A model generated the notes under the pieces. That model searched no databases and was not told the origin of the DNA. It saw only the letters and a program-made list of their open reading frames with translations. This document shows, piece after piece, positions 22,047 through 31,647 of a stretch of DNA of 64,000 nucleotides. Positions within the stretch are counted from its first letter, which is position 1; every line of letters begins with the position of its first letter. Source of the stretch: Candidatus Kapaibacterium sp. GTDB lineage: Bacteria > Bacteroidota > Ignavibacteria > Kapaibacteriales > UBA2268. The position numbers were made by a program, and so were the translations under genes. The stretch spans positions 3,360,001 through 3,424,000 of the forward strand of contig OY762428.1 in assembly GCA_963665665.1 (NCBI GenBank), in the 5' to 3' direction.

Positions 22047-22961
22047 ATGCGATACCTGGATCCAAAAAACGATTTAACTTTCAAGAAGATTTTCGGGCAG
22101 AATCCCTTGCTGCTGAAAAGCTTTCTGAATGCCCTGATGCCATTCGAGGAGGAACAATACATTGAAAGCCTTGAATATCTGAATCCTGAACTGGTTCCGG
22201 AAATACCGGTTTTAAAAAATTCCATTGTCGATGTTCGTTGTGTTGACAACAAGGGAAGGCAGTTTATAATTGAAATGCAGATGCTCTGGACAGACAGTTT
22301 CAAGTCCAGGGTGCTCTTCAATGCTTCCAAGGCTTACGTCAGCCAGATAGACAAAGGTATTAAGTTCGAATCACTATGCCCTGTTTACTCGCTAAACCTG
22401 ATAAATGACATATACCTGAAGGATGATCCCGATTATTATCACCACTACAGCATAGTGAATATTGAAAACAGCTCAGAAAAAATTGACGGACTTGAGTTTA
22501 TATTTATAGAGCTTCCGAAATTCAAACCTACTTCAATTACAGAAAAAAGAATGGCTGTATTGTGGCTAAGGTTTCTGACTGAATACGAAGAAAACCTTCC
22601 TGAAATACAGGAATTACGTGAAAGCGAAGAAATTCAGCAGGCTATCCATATTCTCGATAAATTTTCTTATTCACCGGCTGAACTTGCTGCATACGAAAAG
22701 TACTGGGACGCTGTAAGAACCGAAAGGTCAATGCTTTCCGATTCTGAAAAGAAAGGAATTGAAAAAGGTATTAAATTGGGCGAAGCTATTGGAGAAGCAA
22801 GAGGAAAAGAAATTGGAATAAAAAAAGGAGAAAGAAACGAAGCGGAAAAAATTGCAATAAAAAGCGTTGAAGCGGGGCTTCCCAATGAGCTGATAAGCAG
22901 GCTAACCGGACTGACAACCGATGAATTAAGCGCACTAAAAATGAAAATGAAGAATGAATAG
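22047..22961 (+). CDS. Rpn family recombination-promoting nuclease / PD-(D/E)XK nuclease-family transposase, copy 1 (304 aa)
   Basis: DPKNDLTFKKIFG, IVDVRC...IIEMQ, FIELPKF, GIEKG repeats, ISRLTGL tail. Confidence 0.92.
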   Translation: MRYLDPKNDLTFKKIFGQNPLLLKSFLNALMPFEEEQYIESLEYLNPELVPEIPVLKNSIVDVRCVDNKGRQFIIEMQMLWTDSFKSRVLFNASKAYVSQIDKGIKFESLCPVYSLNLINDIYLKDDPDYYHHYSIVNIENSSEKIDGLEFIFIELPKFKPTSITEKRMAVLWLRFLTEYEENLPEIQELRESEEIQQAIHILDKFSYSPAELAAYEKYWDAVRTERSMLSDSEKKGIEKGIKLGEAIGEARGKEIGIKKGERNEAEKIAIKSVEAGLPNELISRLTGLTTDELSALKMKMKNE

Positions 22962-23166
22962 ATCTGTCTAAAAATACAAATTGCATAAAACAGATAATTT
23001 AATTTTGCCGATAATAAATTATTAGTGATTTTATTGCCGTAATATTTTATTATACAACCAAAATATTATTATTGATAAACTCATAAAAAATATATATATT
23101 TCCGTGGAAAAAAGCATTGAGAAACAACGTTTCAATATATAGTTAATAATTTTATCAGGATGAATC

Positions 23167-24057
23167 ATGCGATACCTCGATCCAAAAAACGATTTAACTT
23201 TCAAGAAGATTTTCGGTCAGAATCCCTTGCTGCTGAAAAGTTTCCTGAATGCCCTGATGCCTTTCGAGGAGGAACAATATATTGAAAGCCTTGAATATCT
23301 GAATCCTGAACTGGTTCCGGAAATACCGGTTTTAAAAAATTCCATTGTCGATGTTCGTTGTGTTGACAACAAGGGAAGGCAGTTTATAATTGAAATGCAG
23401 ATGCTCTGGACAGACAGTTTCAAGTCCAGGGTACTCTTCAATGCTTCCAAGGCTTACGTCAGCCAGATAGACAAAGGTATTAAGTTCGAATCACTATGCC
23501 CTGTTTACTCGCTAAACCTGATAAATGACATATACCTGAAGGATGATCCCGATTATTATCACCACTACAGCATAGTGAATATAGAAAACAGCTCAGAAAA
23601 AATTGACGGACTTGAGTTTATATTTATAGAGCTTCCGAAATTCAAACCTACTTCAATTACCGAGAAAAGAATGGCCGTATTGTGGCTAAGGTTTCTGACT
23701 GAATACGAAGAAAACCTTCCTGAAATTCAGGAACTCCGTGAAAGCGAAGAAATTCAGCAGGCCATCCATATTCTCGATAAATTTTCTTATTCACCAGCTG
23801 AACTTGCTGCATACGAAAAGTACTGGGACGCTGTAAGAACCGAAAGGTCAATGCTTTCCGATTCTGAAAAGAAAGGAATTGAAAAAGGTATCAAATTAGG
23901 CGAAGCTATTGGAGAAGCAAGGGGAGAAAGAAACGAAGCGGAAAAAATAGCAGTTAAAAGCATAGAAGCGGGGCTTCCCAATGAGCTGATAAGCAGGCTA
24001 ACCGGACTGACAACCGATGAATTAAGCGCACTAAAAATGAAAATGAAGAGTGAATAG
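23167..24057 (+). CDS. Rpn family nuclease, copy 2 (296 aa)
   Basis: Near-identical to copy 1. Confidence 0.92.
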   Translation: MRYLDPKNDLTFKKIFGQNPLLLKSFLNALMPFEEEQYIESLEYLNPELVPEIPVLKNSIVDVRCVDNKGRQFIIEMQMLWTDSFKSRVLFNASKAYVSQIDKGIKFESLCPVYSLNLINDIYLKDDPDYYHHYSIVNIENSSEKIDGLEFIFIELPKFKPTSITEKRMAVLWLRFLTEYEENLPEIQELRESEEIQQAIHILDKFSYSPAELAAYEKYWDAVRTERSMLSDSEKKGIEKGIKLGEAIGEARGERNEAEKIAVKSIEAGLPNELISRLTGLTTDELSALKMKMKSE

Positions 24058-24262
24058 GTCTGTCTAAAAATACAAATTGCATAGAACAGATAATTTAATT
24101 TTGCCGATAATAAATTATTAGGGATTTTATTGCCGTAATATTTTATTATACAACCAAAATATTATTATTGATAAACTCATAAAAAATATATATATTTCCG
24201 TGGAAATAAGCATTGAGAAACAACGTTTCAATATATAGTTAATAATATTATCAGGATGAATC

Positions 24263-25189
24263 ATGCGATACCTGGATCCAAAAAACGATTTAACTTTCAA
24301 GAAGATTTTCGGTCAGAATCCCTTGCTGCTGAAAAGCTTTCTGAATGCCCTGATGCCTTTCGAAGAGGAACAATATATTGAAAGCCTTGAATATCTGAAT
24401 CCTGAACTGGTTCCGGAAATACCGGTTTTAAAAAATTCCATTGTCGATGTTCGTTGTGTTGACAACAAGGGAAGACAGTTTATAATTGAAATGCAGATGC
24501 TCTGGACAGACAGTTTCAAGTCCAGGGTGCTCTTCAATGCTTCCAAGGCTTATGTCAGCCAGATAGACAAAGGTATTAAGTTCGAATCACTATGCCCTGT
24601 TTACTCGCTAAACCTGATAAATGACATATACCTGAAGGATGATCCCGATTATTATCACCACTACAGCATAGTGAATATAGAAAACAGCGCAGAAAAGATT
24701 GACGGACTTGAGTTTATATTTATTGAGCTTCCGAAATTCAAACCTACTTCAATTACCGAGAAAAGAATGGCCGTATTGTGGCTAAGGTTTCTGACTGAAT
24801 ACGAAGAAAACCTTCCTGAAATACAGGAATTACGTGAAAGCGAAGAAATTCAGCAGGCTATCCATATTCTCGATAAATTTTCTTATTCACCGGCTGAACT
24901 TGCTGCATACGAAAAGTACTGGGACGCTGTAAGAACCGAAAGGTCAATGCTTTCCGATTCTGAAAAGAAAGGAATTGAAAAAGGTATCAAATTAGGCGAA
25001 GCTATTGGAGAAGCAAGAGGAGAAGCAAGAGGAGAAGAAATTGGAATAAAAAAAGGAGAAAGAAACGAAGCGGAAAAAATTGCAGTTAAAAGCATAGAAG
25101 CGGGGCTTCCCAATGAACTGATAAGCAGGCTAACCGGACTGACAGCCGATGAATTAAGCGCACTAAAAATGAAAATGAAGAATGAATAG
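24263..25189 (+). CDS. Rpn family nuclease, copy 3 (308 aa)
   Basis: Near-identical to copy 1. Confidence 0.92.
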   Translation: MRYLDPKNDLTFKKIFGQNPLLLKSFLNALMPFEEEQYIESLEYLNPELVPEIPVLKNSIVDVRCVDNKGRQFIIEMQMLWTDSFKSRVLFNASKAYVSQIDKGIKFESLCPVYSLNLINDIYLKDDPDYYHHYSIVNIENSAEKIDGLEFIFIELPKFKPTSITEKRMAVLWLRFLTEYEENLPEIQELRESEEIQQAIHILDKFSYSPAELAAYEKYWDAVRTERSMLSDSEKKGIEKGIKLGEAIGEARGEARGEEIGIKKGERNEAEKIAVKSIEAGLPNELISRLTGLTADELSALKMKMKNE

Positions 25190-25393
25190 ATCTGTCTAAA
25201 AATACAATTGCATAAAACAGATAATTTAATTTTGCCGATAATAAATTATTAGTGATTTTTTTGCCGTAATATTTTCTTATACAACCCAAATATTATTATT
25301 GATAAACTCATAAAAAATATATATATTTCCGTGCAAATAAGCTTTGAGAAACAACGTTTCAGTATATAGTCAGTAATATTATCAGGATGAATC

Positions 25394-26296
25394 ATGCGAT
25401 ACCTGGATCCTAAAAACGATTTAACTTTCAAGAAGATTTTCGGTCAGAATCCCTTGCTGCTGAAAAGCTTTCTGAATGCCCTGATGCCTTTCGAAGAGGA
25501 ACAATATATTGAAAGCCTTGAATATCTGAATCCTGAACTGGTTCCGGAAATACCGGTTTTAAAAAATTCCATTGTCGATGTTCGATGTGTTGACAACAAC
25601 GGAAGACAGTTCATAATTGAAATGCAGATGCTCTGGACAGACAGTTTCAAGTCCAGGGTACTCTTCAATGCTTCCAAGGCTTACGTCAGCCAGATAGACA
25701 AAGGTATTAAGTTCGAATCACTATGCCCTGTTTACTCGCTAAACCTGATAAATGACATATACCTGAAGGATGATCCCGATTATTATCACCACTACAGCAT
25801 AGTGAATATAGAAAACAGCGCAGAAAAGATTGACGGACTTGAGTTTATATTTATTGAACTCCCGAAATTCAAACCTACTTCAATTACAGAAAAAAGAATG
25901 GCCGTCCTCTGGCTAAGGTTTCTGACTGAATACGAAGAAAACCTTCCTGAAATACAGGAATTACGTGAAAGCGAAGAAATTCAGCAGGCCATCCTTATTC
26001 TCGATAAATTTTCTTATTCACCGGCTGAACTTGCTGCATACGAAAAGTACTGGGACGCTGTAAGAACCGAAAGGTCAATGCTTTCCGATTCTGAAAAGAA
26101 AGGAATTGAAAAAGGTATTAAATTGGGCGAAGCTATTGGAGAAGCAAGGGGGGAAGCCAGAGGTGAAAGAAACGAAGCCGAGAAAATAGCAGTTAAAAGC
26201 ATAGAAGCGGGGCTTCCTAATGAACTGATATGCAGGCTAACCGGACTGACAGCCGATGAATTAAGCGCACTGAAAATGAAAATGAAGAATATATAG
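25394..26296 (+). CDS. Rpn family nuclease, copy 4 (300 aa)
   Basis: Near-identical to copy 1. Confidence 0.92.
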   Translation: MRYLDPKNDLTFKKIFGQNPLLLKSFLNALMPFEEEQYIESLEYLNPELVPEIPVLKNSIVDVRCVDNNGRQFIIEMQMLWTDSFKSRVLFNASKAYVSQIDKGIKFESLCPVYSLNLINDIYLKDDPDYYHHYSIVNIENSAEKIDGLEFIFIELPKFKPTSITEKRMAVLWLRFLTEYEENLPEIQELRESEEIQQAILILDKFSYSPAELAAYEKYWDAVRTERSMLSDSEKKGIEKGIKLGEAIGEARGEARGERNEAEKIAVKSIEAGLPNELICRLTGLTADELSALKMKMKNI

Positions 26297-26297
26297 A

Positions 26298-26400
26298 TTA
26301 CTTCACAACAACAAGTTTCTTCGAAATGCTTTTTCCTTCGTAATTTATCACAAGAAAATAAATACCCGAGGCAAAGGAGGATAAATCAATATTTTTAGAA
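26298..26400 (-). pseudogene. Orphan 3' end of a T9SS CTD gene
   Basis: KNIDLSSFASGIYFLVINYEGKSISKKLVVVK* with no matching 5' part. Confidence 0.65.
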
Positions 26401-26667
26401 TAGCTGCCATTCATAGTATTCGTAATCACCTTTAGCTTCGAAAGTAACCCGATCCAAAACCAAAATTGTATCTGTATAATAATTGAAATAAATCTTTTTG
26501 ATTTTATCATATCCATTAAAATATATATCAAAATCAGCAGTTACAGGTGTTTTGCCCTCGCAGGGATCCGGTTCAACCTTCACCGGGTCGTCCGGGCAGG
26601 CGGTAAGCAGCCACATCAGTGGCAAAACCACCGCGAAGTAATAATATCTGAATTTATTTGGTTTCAT
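26395..26667 (-). pseudogene. Truncated third copy of the tandem lipoprotein
   Basis: Same N-terminus as 26664-27440; ends abruptly after YEWQL. Confidence 0.8.
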
Positions 26668-27440
26668 TGTTTCACTCCTATGAAAGTATATTCTTTCCTG
26701 TCGTCGTAAGGGCCGGCTTCGTAGTTTACAATAAGCGTCTTATTATCCGCCTGGAGTTCGGCATAGCCGTCAGGCGACTGACATCCGTAACTATAGCAAT
26801 AATCGCTTTTCATAATCGCATATTTATTCAGCCAGCTAATGCTTACAATATTTCCATTGATATTTTCAGGCATAAAAAAACCTCTGTTAATATTGTAAAT
26901 TATCAGGCCTTTAAGCATACCTTCATATTTGACATCAACCCTAAATGTATCAAGAGTATCAGAAGTATGATAACCAAGATAGGAACCAATAATCGCAGCA
27001 GAGTCCAATTCAACTACTGTTATTGTTTTATATACGGTGTCAATTCCGTCGTCGGCGGGGAAGCATAATGTATCAGGCGGATTTTTAACAATAAGCCGCA
27101 TTTTTAATTCGCCCCAGGCTTCTTTGAACTGGAAAATTTCGATTTTATCATTATATATTGTAGGATCATCGCCGAGCTGCCATTCATAGTATTCGTAATC
27201 GCCTTTGGCTTCGAAAGTAATACGATTATAAACCAAAGCAGTATCTGTATGATACTTAAAATAACTCTTTTCAATAACATCATAAGCTATGGTGGAAATA
27301 TCAAAATCAGCAGTTACAGGTGTTTTACCCTCGCATGGGTCCGGTTCAACCTTCACCGGGTCGTCCGGGCAGGCGGTAAGCAGCCACATCAGTGGCAAAA
27401 CCACCGCGAAGTAATAATATCTGAATTTATTTGGTTTCAT
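26664..27440 (-). CDS. Lipoprotein (PKD-like), tandem copy 2
   Basis: LTAC lipobox; YEWQLGDD; ATGA overlap with its neighbours. Confidence 0.8.
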   Translation of the reverse strand: MKPNKFRYYYFAVVLPLMWLLTACPDDPVKVEPDPCEGKTPVTADFDISTIAYDVIEKSYFKYHTDTALVYNRITFEAKGDYEYYEWQLGDDPTIYNDKIEIFQFKEAWGELKMRLIVKNPPDTLCFPADDGIDTVYKTITVVELDSAAIIGSYLGYHTSDTLDTFRVDVKYEGMLKGLIIYNINRGFFMPENINGNIVSISWLNKYAIMKSDYCYSYGCQSPDGYAELQADNKTLIVNYEAGPYDDRKEYTFIGVKQ

Positions 27441-28216
27441 TGTTTCACTCCTATGAAAGTATATTCTTTCCTGTCGTCGTATGGGCCGGCCTCGTAGTTT
27501 ACAATAAGTGTTTTATTATCCTCCCGGAGTTCGGCATATCCGTCGGGTGACTGGCTTCCGAAACCATAACAGTAATCGCTTTTCATAATCGCATATTTAT
27601 TTTCCCAACGAATCTGAACAATATTTCCATTGATATTCTCAGGTAAATGAAAACCCCGATTAATGTTGTAAAATACAAGCCCCCTATCCATACCTTCATA
27701 TTTGACATCAACCCTAAATGTATCAAGAGTATCAGAAGTATGATAGCCGATATAGGAACCAATAATCGCGGCTGAATCCCTTTCAATAACTGTTATTGTT
27801 TTGTAAACTGTATCAATTCCGTCGTCATCGGGAAAGCATAATGTATCAGGCGGATTTTTTACAATTAGCCGCATTTTTAATTCACCCCAGGGATTTTTAA
27901 ATCTAAATAATTGTTGATCTCCGGTATAAATTGTGGGATCATCTCCGAGCTGCCACTCGTAGTACTCGTAATCGCCTTTTGCTTCAAAAATAACATAATT
28001 TGATTTTAAAACTGTATCGCTATGATAATAAAAGTTGGATTTACTAATAGCATCATACATTTTCATATATATATCAAAATCAGCAGTTACAGGTGTTTTA
28101 CCCTCGCAGGGATCCGGTTCAACCTTCACCGGGTCGTCCGGGCAGGCGGTAAGGCTGAACATGAGAATAGAAAATAATAATATCTTAAAAATATTTTTGG
28201 TATCGGATAAAAACAT
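27437..28216 (-). CDS. Lipoprotein (PKD-like), tandem copy 1
   Basis: LTAC lipobox; GAGG RBS; paralogue of copy 2 with a different signal peptide. Confidence 0.8.
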   Translation of the reverse strand: MFLSDTKNIFKILLFSILMFSLTACPDDPVKVEPDPCEGKTPVTADFDIYMKMYDAISKSNFYYHSDTVLKSNYVIFEAKGDYEYYEWQLGDDPTIYTGDQQLFRFKNPWGELKMRLIVKNPPDTLCFPDDDGIDTVYKTITVIERDSAAIIGSYIGYHTSDTLDTFRVDVKYEGMDRGLVFYNINRGFHLPENINGNIVQIRWENKYAIMKSDYCYGFGSQSPDGYAELREDNKTLIVNYEAGPYDDRKEYTFIGVKQ

Positions 28217-28676
28217 AAAATCCTCAAAAAATTAATGATCAAAACATATCAAATTCCTCAATCCGAAATTGAATGAATTAATAAGCGGGATCCCCGGCAT
28301 TCCCTCAAAACCATTAGTACCAATTGAGATATTAACAGCTACATGTAAGTTAAAGATTTTTATTTTAATAATCAAGAGCCTGGTAAAATAAATTCACTAT
28401 ATTACTCCCGGGTTGTAATCGAAATTACTACACCTAAGAAATAAGATATCTGAAAGGGCCAGAGCTTCATAATTCCAAAGTAGAACTTTGCATGAAATAC
28501 TCCTTCCCAAGCCCCGCTTGGGAAGGAGGGGAAACTCCCTCTCCAGCACTCTCCCTCCATTCTTCCACTTTAATGAATCGAATAATTTCCTTGTTTCAAT
28601 GCTGTTTTGAACCAGAATCCTGATGTTTGGGCTAATCGCTTTGCTGTCGGGGCTTTAAACTGCTATGTCCGGAGGT

Positions 28677-28970
28677 ATTGAAGCATTGTTTGGCCTTATT
28701 GTAGTGAAATCCGGCCTAATTGCTTGCTTGTTCCGCCTTACTGCTCACTTGTTCTGCCTTATTGCTTGCTTGTTCCGCCTTACTGCTCACTTGTTCTGCC
28801 CTATTGCTTGCTTGTTCTGCCTCATTGATGTCTTGTTCCGCTTCATTGCTCACTTGTTATGCCTCATTGATGTCTTGTTTCGCTTCATTACTTGCTTGTT
28901 CCGCCTTATTGAAGTCTTGTTCTGCTTCATTGCTTGCTTGTTCCGCCTCGTTGCTTGCTTGTTTGGCATT
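28677..28970. repeat. 21-bp tandem array, about 14 units (consensus attgcttgcttgttcygccty)
   Basis: 12 clear units from 28719 plus 2 degenerate units upstream. Confidence 0.9.
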
Positions 28971-29519
28971 GAAATCCCAAAGGTAGAGATGAATTAAGTC
29001 TTTAGATATAACTAATAATCAAATATATAGCCCAAAATATTAAATATTATACTAATTTTAATAAATATATAGTATTTATAATAATTTATATAATATATCC
29101 AAGTCTTAATATAGTTCATCTAACAAAACTTTTTATATAAATAACTAAATATCTTATACATATAATTAAATAATTGGTATGATTTATTAAATTAGTATTA
29201 TAGACTATTAAATATTAGTATTAACCTATTAATTAATCAGTATATCTAATTTGTTAAAACAATTAAATATATACTTGGATACTCAATATATTTTATAAAA
29301 GAAGAAAGAGAATTTATAAGAAATAGTGATTAATGTCTTGTATAAATTATTTATTTGATTAGTTATATTATTAATATTGTAATTCTATATAATTATTTAA
29401 TAATTCAATAAATATATTTACTACAAATACTTAAATATTTACTAATTCTTATGATATATTTTATTATTCAAGTATTATAAATTATTCAATCAGCAAAATA
29501 TTTCGGATTCCAACGCTAC

Positions 29520-30444
29520 ACAAGCAATCATTACCACCGACCAAGGCAGCAATGACTCCGACCCCTCCCAAACCCTCCCCGAAGGAGAGGGCTTTGAAGA
29601 AGAATAAAGCAACAATAGAATCAAACATTGGTTCTTTGCTTTCGAACATTGGTGCATTGACTCCAACCAAGGCAGCAATAAAATCAAACATCGGTGCAAT
29701 GGCGTCAAACAAGGCGGCAATAACTTAAAACATCTATGCAATAACTCCGACCCCTCCCAAACCCTCCCCGAAGGAGAGGGCTTTGAAGAAGAATAAAGCA
29801 GCAATAGAATAAACCATTGGTTCTTTGCTTTTGACCAAGGCAGCAATGACTTCGACCAAGGCAGCAATGACTCCGACCCCTCCCAAACCCTCCCCGAAGG
29901 AGAGGGCTTTGAAGTAAAACAAGGCAGCAATAGAATAAACCATTGGTTCTTTGCTTCCGAACAAGGCAACAATGGTTTAGACCAAGGCGGCAATAACTTC
30001 AAACATCTATGCAATGACTCCGACCCCTCCCAAACCCTCCCCGAAGGAGAGGGCTTTGAAGAAGAATAAAGCAGCAATAGAATAAACCATTGGTTCTTTG
30101 CTTCCGACCAAGGCAGCAATTGAATAAAACATTTGTGCAATAGCGTCGACCATTGGTACATTGCTTTCGATACTTCCTACCTCCTCCCGCCCCCCTCCTT
30201 CGGAAGGAGGGGGAGTTAATTCTATGTTATTTAACTTCTTATCCCCTCCTAAAGTAGGAGGGGAATACAGGGGTGGTTTTCTTGCTTTGATTTGGAACAA
30301 GGCGTTATTATCTTCAAACAAAGCAGCAATAACTTCGAACAAGGCGGCAATGGCGTCAAACAAGGCAGCAATTGAATAAAACATTAGTGCAATGACTCCG
30401 ACCCCTCCCAAACCCTCCCCGAAGGAGAGGGCTTTGAAGAAGAA
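29520..30444. repeat. Composite array of 21-bp units with five REP-like hairpin modules
   Basis: gacccctcccaaaccctccccgaaggagagggctttgaag at 29560, 29749, 29875, 30022 and 30400; caaggcagcaat-type 21-mers between them. Confidence 0.9.
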
Positions 30445-30521
30445 TGAACGGCTTCCTTTAAAAAAAACAGCGATTTAAGGTGAAATAATCTTAACTTGCA
30501 AAAAATCAAAAGGAGCATCAA

Positions 30522-30809
30522 ATGGCAAACAAACGAAGAAATTACAGTTCAAAATTCAAAATGCAGGTAGCCCTGGAGGCAGTCCAAGAGAGAAAAACAA
30601 TAACCGAGCTGGCATCGGAGTACGGGGTTCATCCAAACCAGATAAGCATGTGGAAAAAGCATTTAAAAGAAAGTGAAAAGGAAGTATTTGAAAACAAGCG
30701 TGGGCCAGGGAAGAATAAAAAAGAAAAAGACGAATCAGTATTATATGAAGAAATAGGCCGGCTAAAAATTGAATTAGACTGGTTAAAAAAAAAATTGGGA
30801 CGTGAGTAA
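30522..30809 (+). CDS. IS3 transposase OrfA
   Basis: RRNYSSKFKMQVALEA..ELASEYGVHPNQI..WKK HTH; ELDWLKKK over an A10 slippery run at 30785-30794. Confidence 0.92.
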   Translation: MANKRRNYSSKFKMQVALEAVQERKTITELASEYGVHPNQISMWKKHLKESEKEVFENKRGPGKNKKEKDESVLYEEIGRLKIELDWLKKKLGRE

Positions 30810-31647
30810 AGAAGAACGCAGGAAGATGGTAGATGCTGATAATAAAGAAATTAGCATAAGCCGGCAGTGCGAGCTTTTGGGTATTAGCAGGAGCTGTTAT
30901 TATTACAAACCCAAGGGTGAAAGTGAAGCAAATATTCTATATATGAAGCTGATCAAAGAACAATTCGCGATTACTCCATTTTATGGAGCCAGAAAAATGA
31001 CAGCACACTTACGTTCTTTGGGATACCATGTTAACTATAAACGAATCAGGCGATTAATGAAATTATTGGGACTTCGGGCAATATATCCCCAACCGGACAC
31101 GAGCAAACCGAACAAGGAGCACAAAATTTATCCATACCTGTTGAGGGATATGAAAATAAGTCGTCCGGATCAGGTTTGGAGCCTGGATATAACATATATT
31201 CCGATGCGTAAAGGATTTATGTATCTTATAGCAATTATAGATGTTTATAGCAGGTATATCGTCGACTGGGAATTATCGAATAACCTTGAGAAGGAGTTCT
31301 GCATAGATACAATAAAAAGGTCTTTGAAAACCAGGAAACCGGAAATAACAAACACGGATCAGGGCAGTCAGTTCACGAGCAATGATTTTGTGAAAACGAT
31401 TCTGGATGCTGATGTTAAGGTAAGCATGGACGGCAAGGGCCGCGCCTTGGACAATGTTTACATAGAACGCTTCTGGCGGAGCTTTAAATACGAAGACCTG
31501 TATCTGAAGTCTTACGAAGACGGAAAAGAGCTCTATGGCGGTATAAAGGCTTATGTCGATTGGTATAACAACACGAGGCCGCACGCAGGAATTGAATACC
31601 AGATTCCGGCTGAAAAATATATGAACGAACAGCGGTTCGTTAATTGA
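30802..31647 (+). CDS. IS3 transposase OrfB (DDE integrase core)
   Basis: WSLDITYI, NTDQGSQFTS, DNVYIERFWRSFKYE; in the -1 frame relative to OrfA. Confidence 0.93.
   Translation: MSKEERRKMVDADNKEISISRQCELLGISRSCYYYKPKGESEANILYMKLIKEQFAITPFYGARKMTAHLRSLGYHVNYKRIRRLMKLLGLRAIYPQPDTSKPNKEHKIYPYLLRDMKISRPDQVWSLDITYIPMRKGFMYLIAIIDVYSRYIVDWELSNNLEKEFCIDTIKRSLKTRKPEITNTDQGSQFTSNDFVKTILDADVKVSMDGKGRALDNVYIERFWRSFKYEDLYLKSYEDGKELYGGIKAYVDWYNNTRPHAGIEYQIPAEKYMNEQRFVN

Noticed and set aside
26395-28216. Diversity-generating retroelement explaining the variable patches (also at 59.6-63.6 kb)
   Set aside because: No reverse transcriptase or template repeat in the window, and differences are not confined to adenines
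28232-28390. Short minus-strand frame (...SIGTNGFEGMPGIPLINSFNFGLRNLICFDH*) upstream of the lipoproteins
   Set aside because: Could be a gene 3' relic, but it has no start and no recognisable motif
29000-29490. Chromosomal oriC
   Set aside because: AT-rich, but no DnaA-box cluster seen; the only perfect TTATCCACA noticed lies inside the IS3
28665-30411. ORFs 28665-28997, 28720-28986, 29482-29712, 29490-30161, 29734-29964, 30007-30411 and 30161-30379 as proteins
   Set aside because: Open frames arise from stop-free 21-bp repeats in several frames at once; no recognisable domain or convincing start context
29520-30444. CRISPR array
   Set aside because: Spacers are long, unequal and built from recurring 21-mers rather than unique sequence; no cas genes in the window
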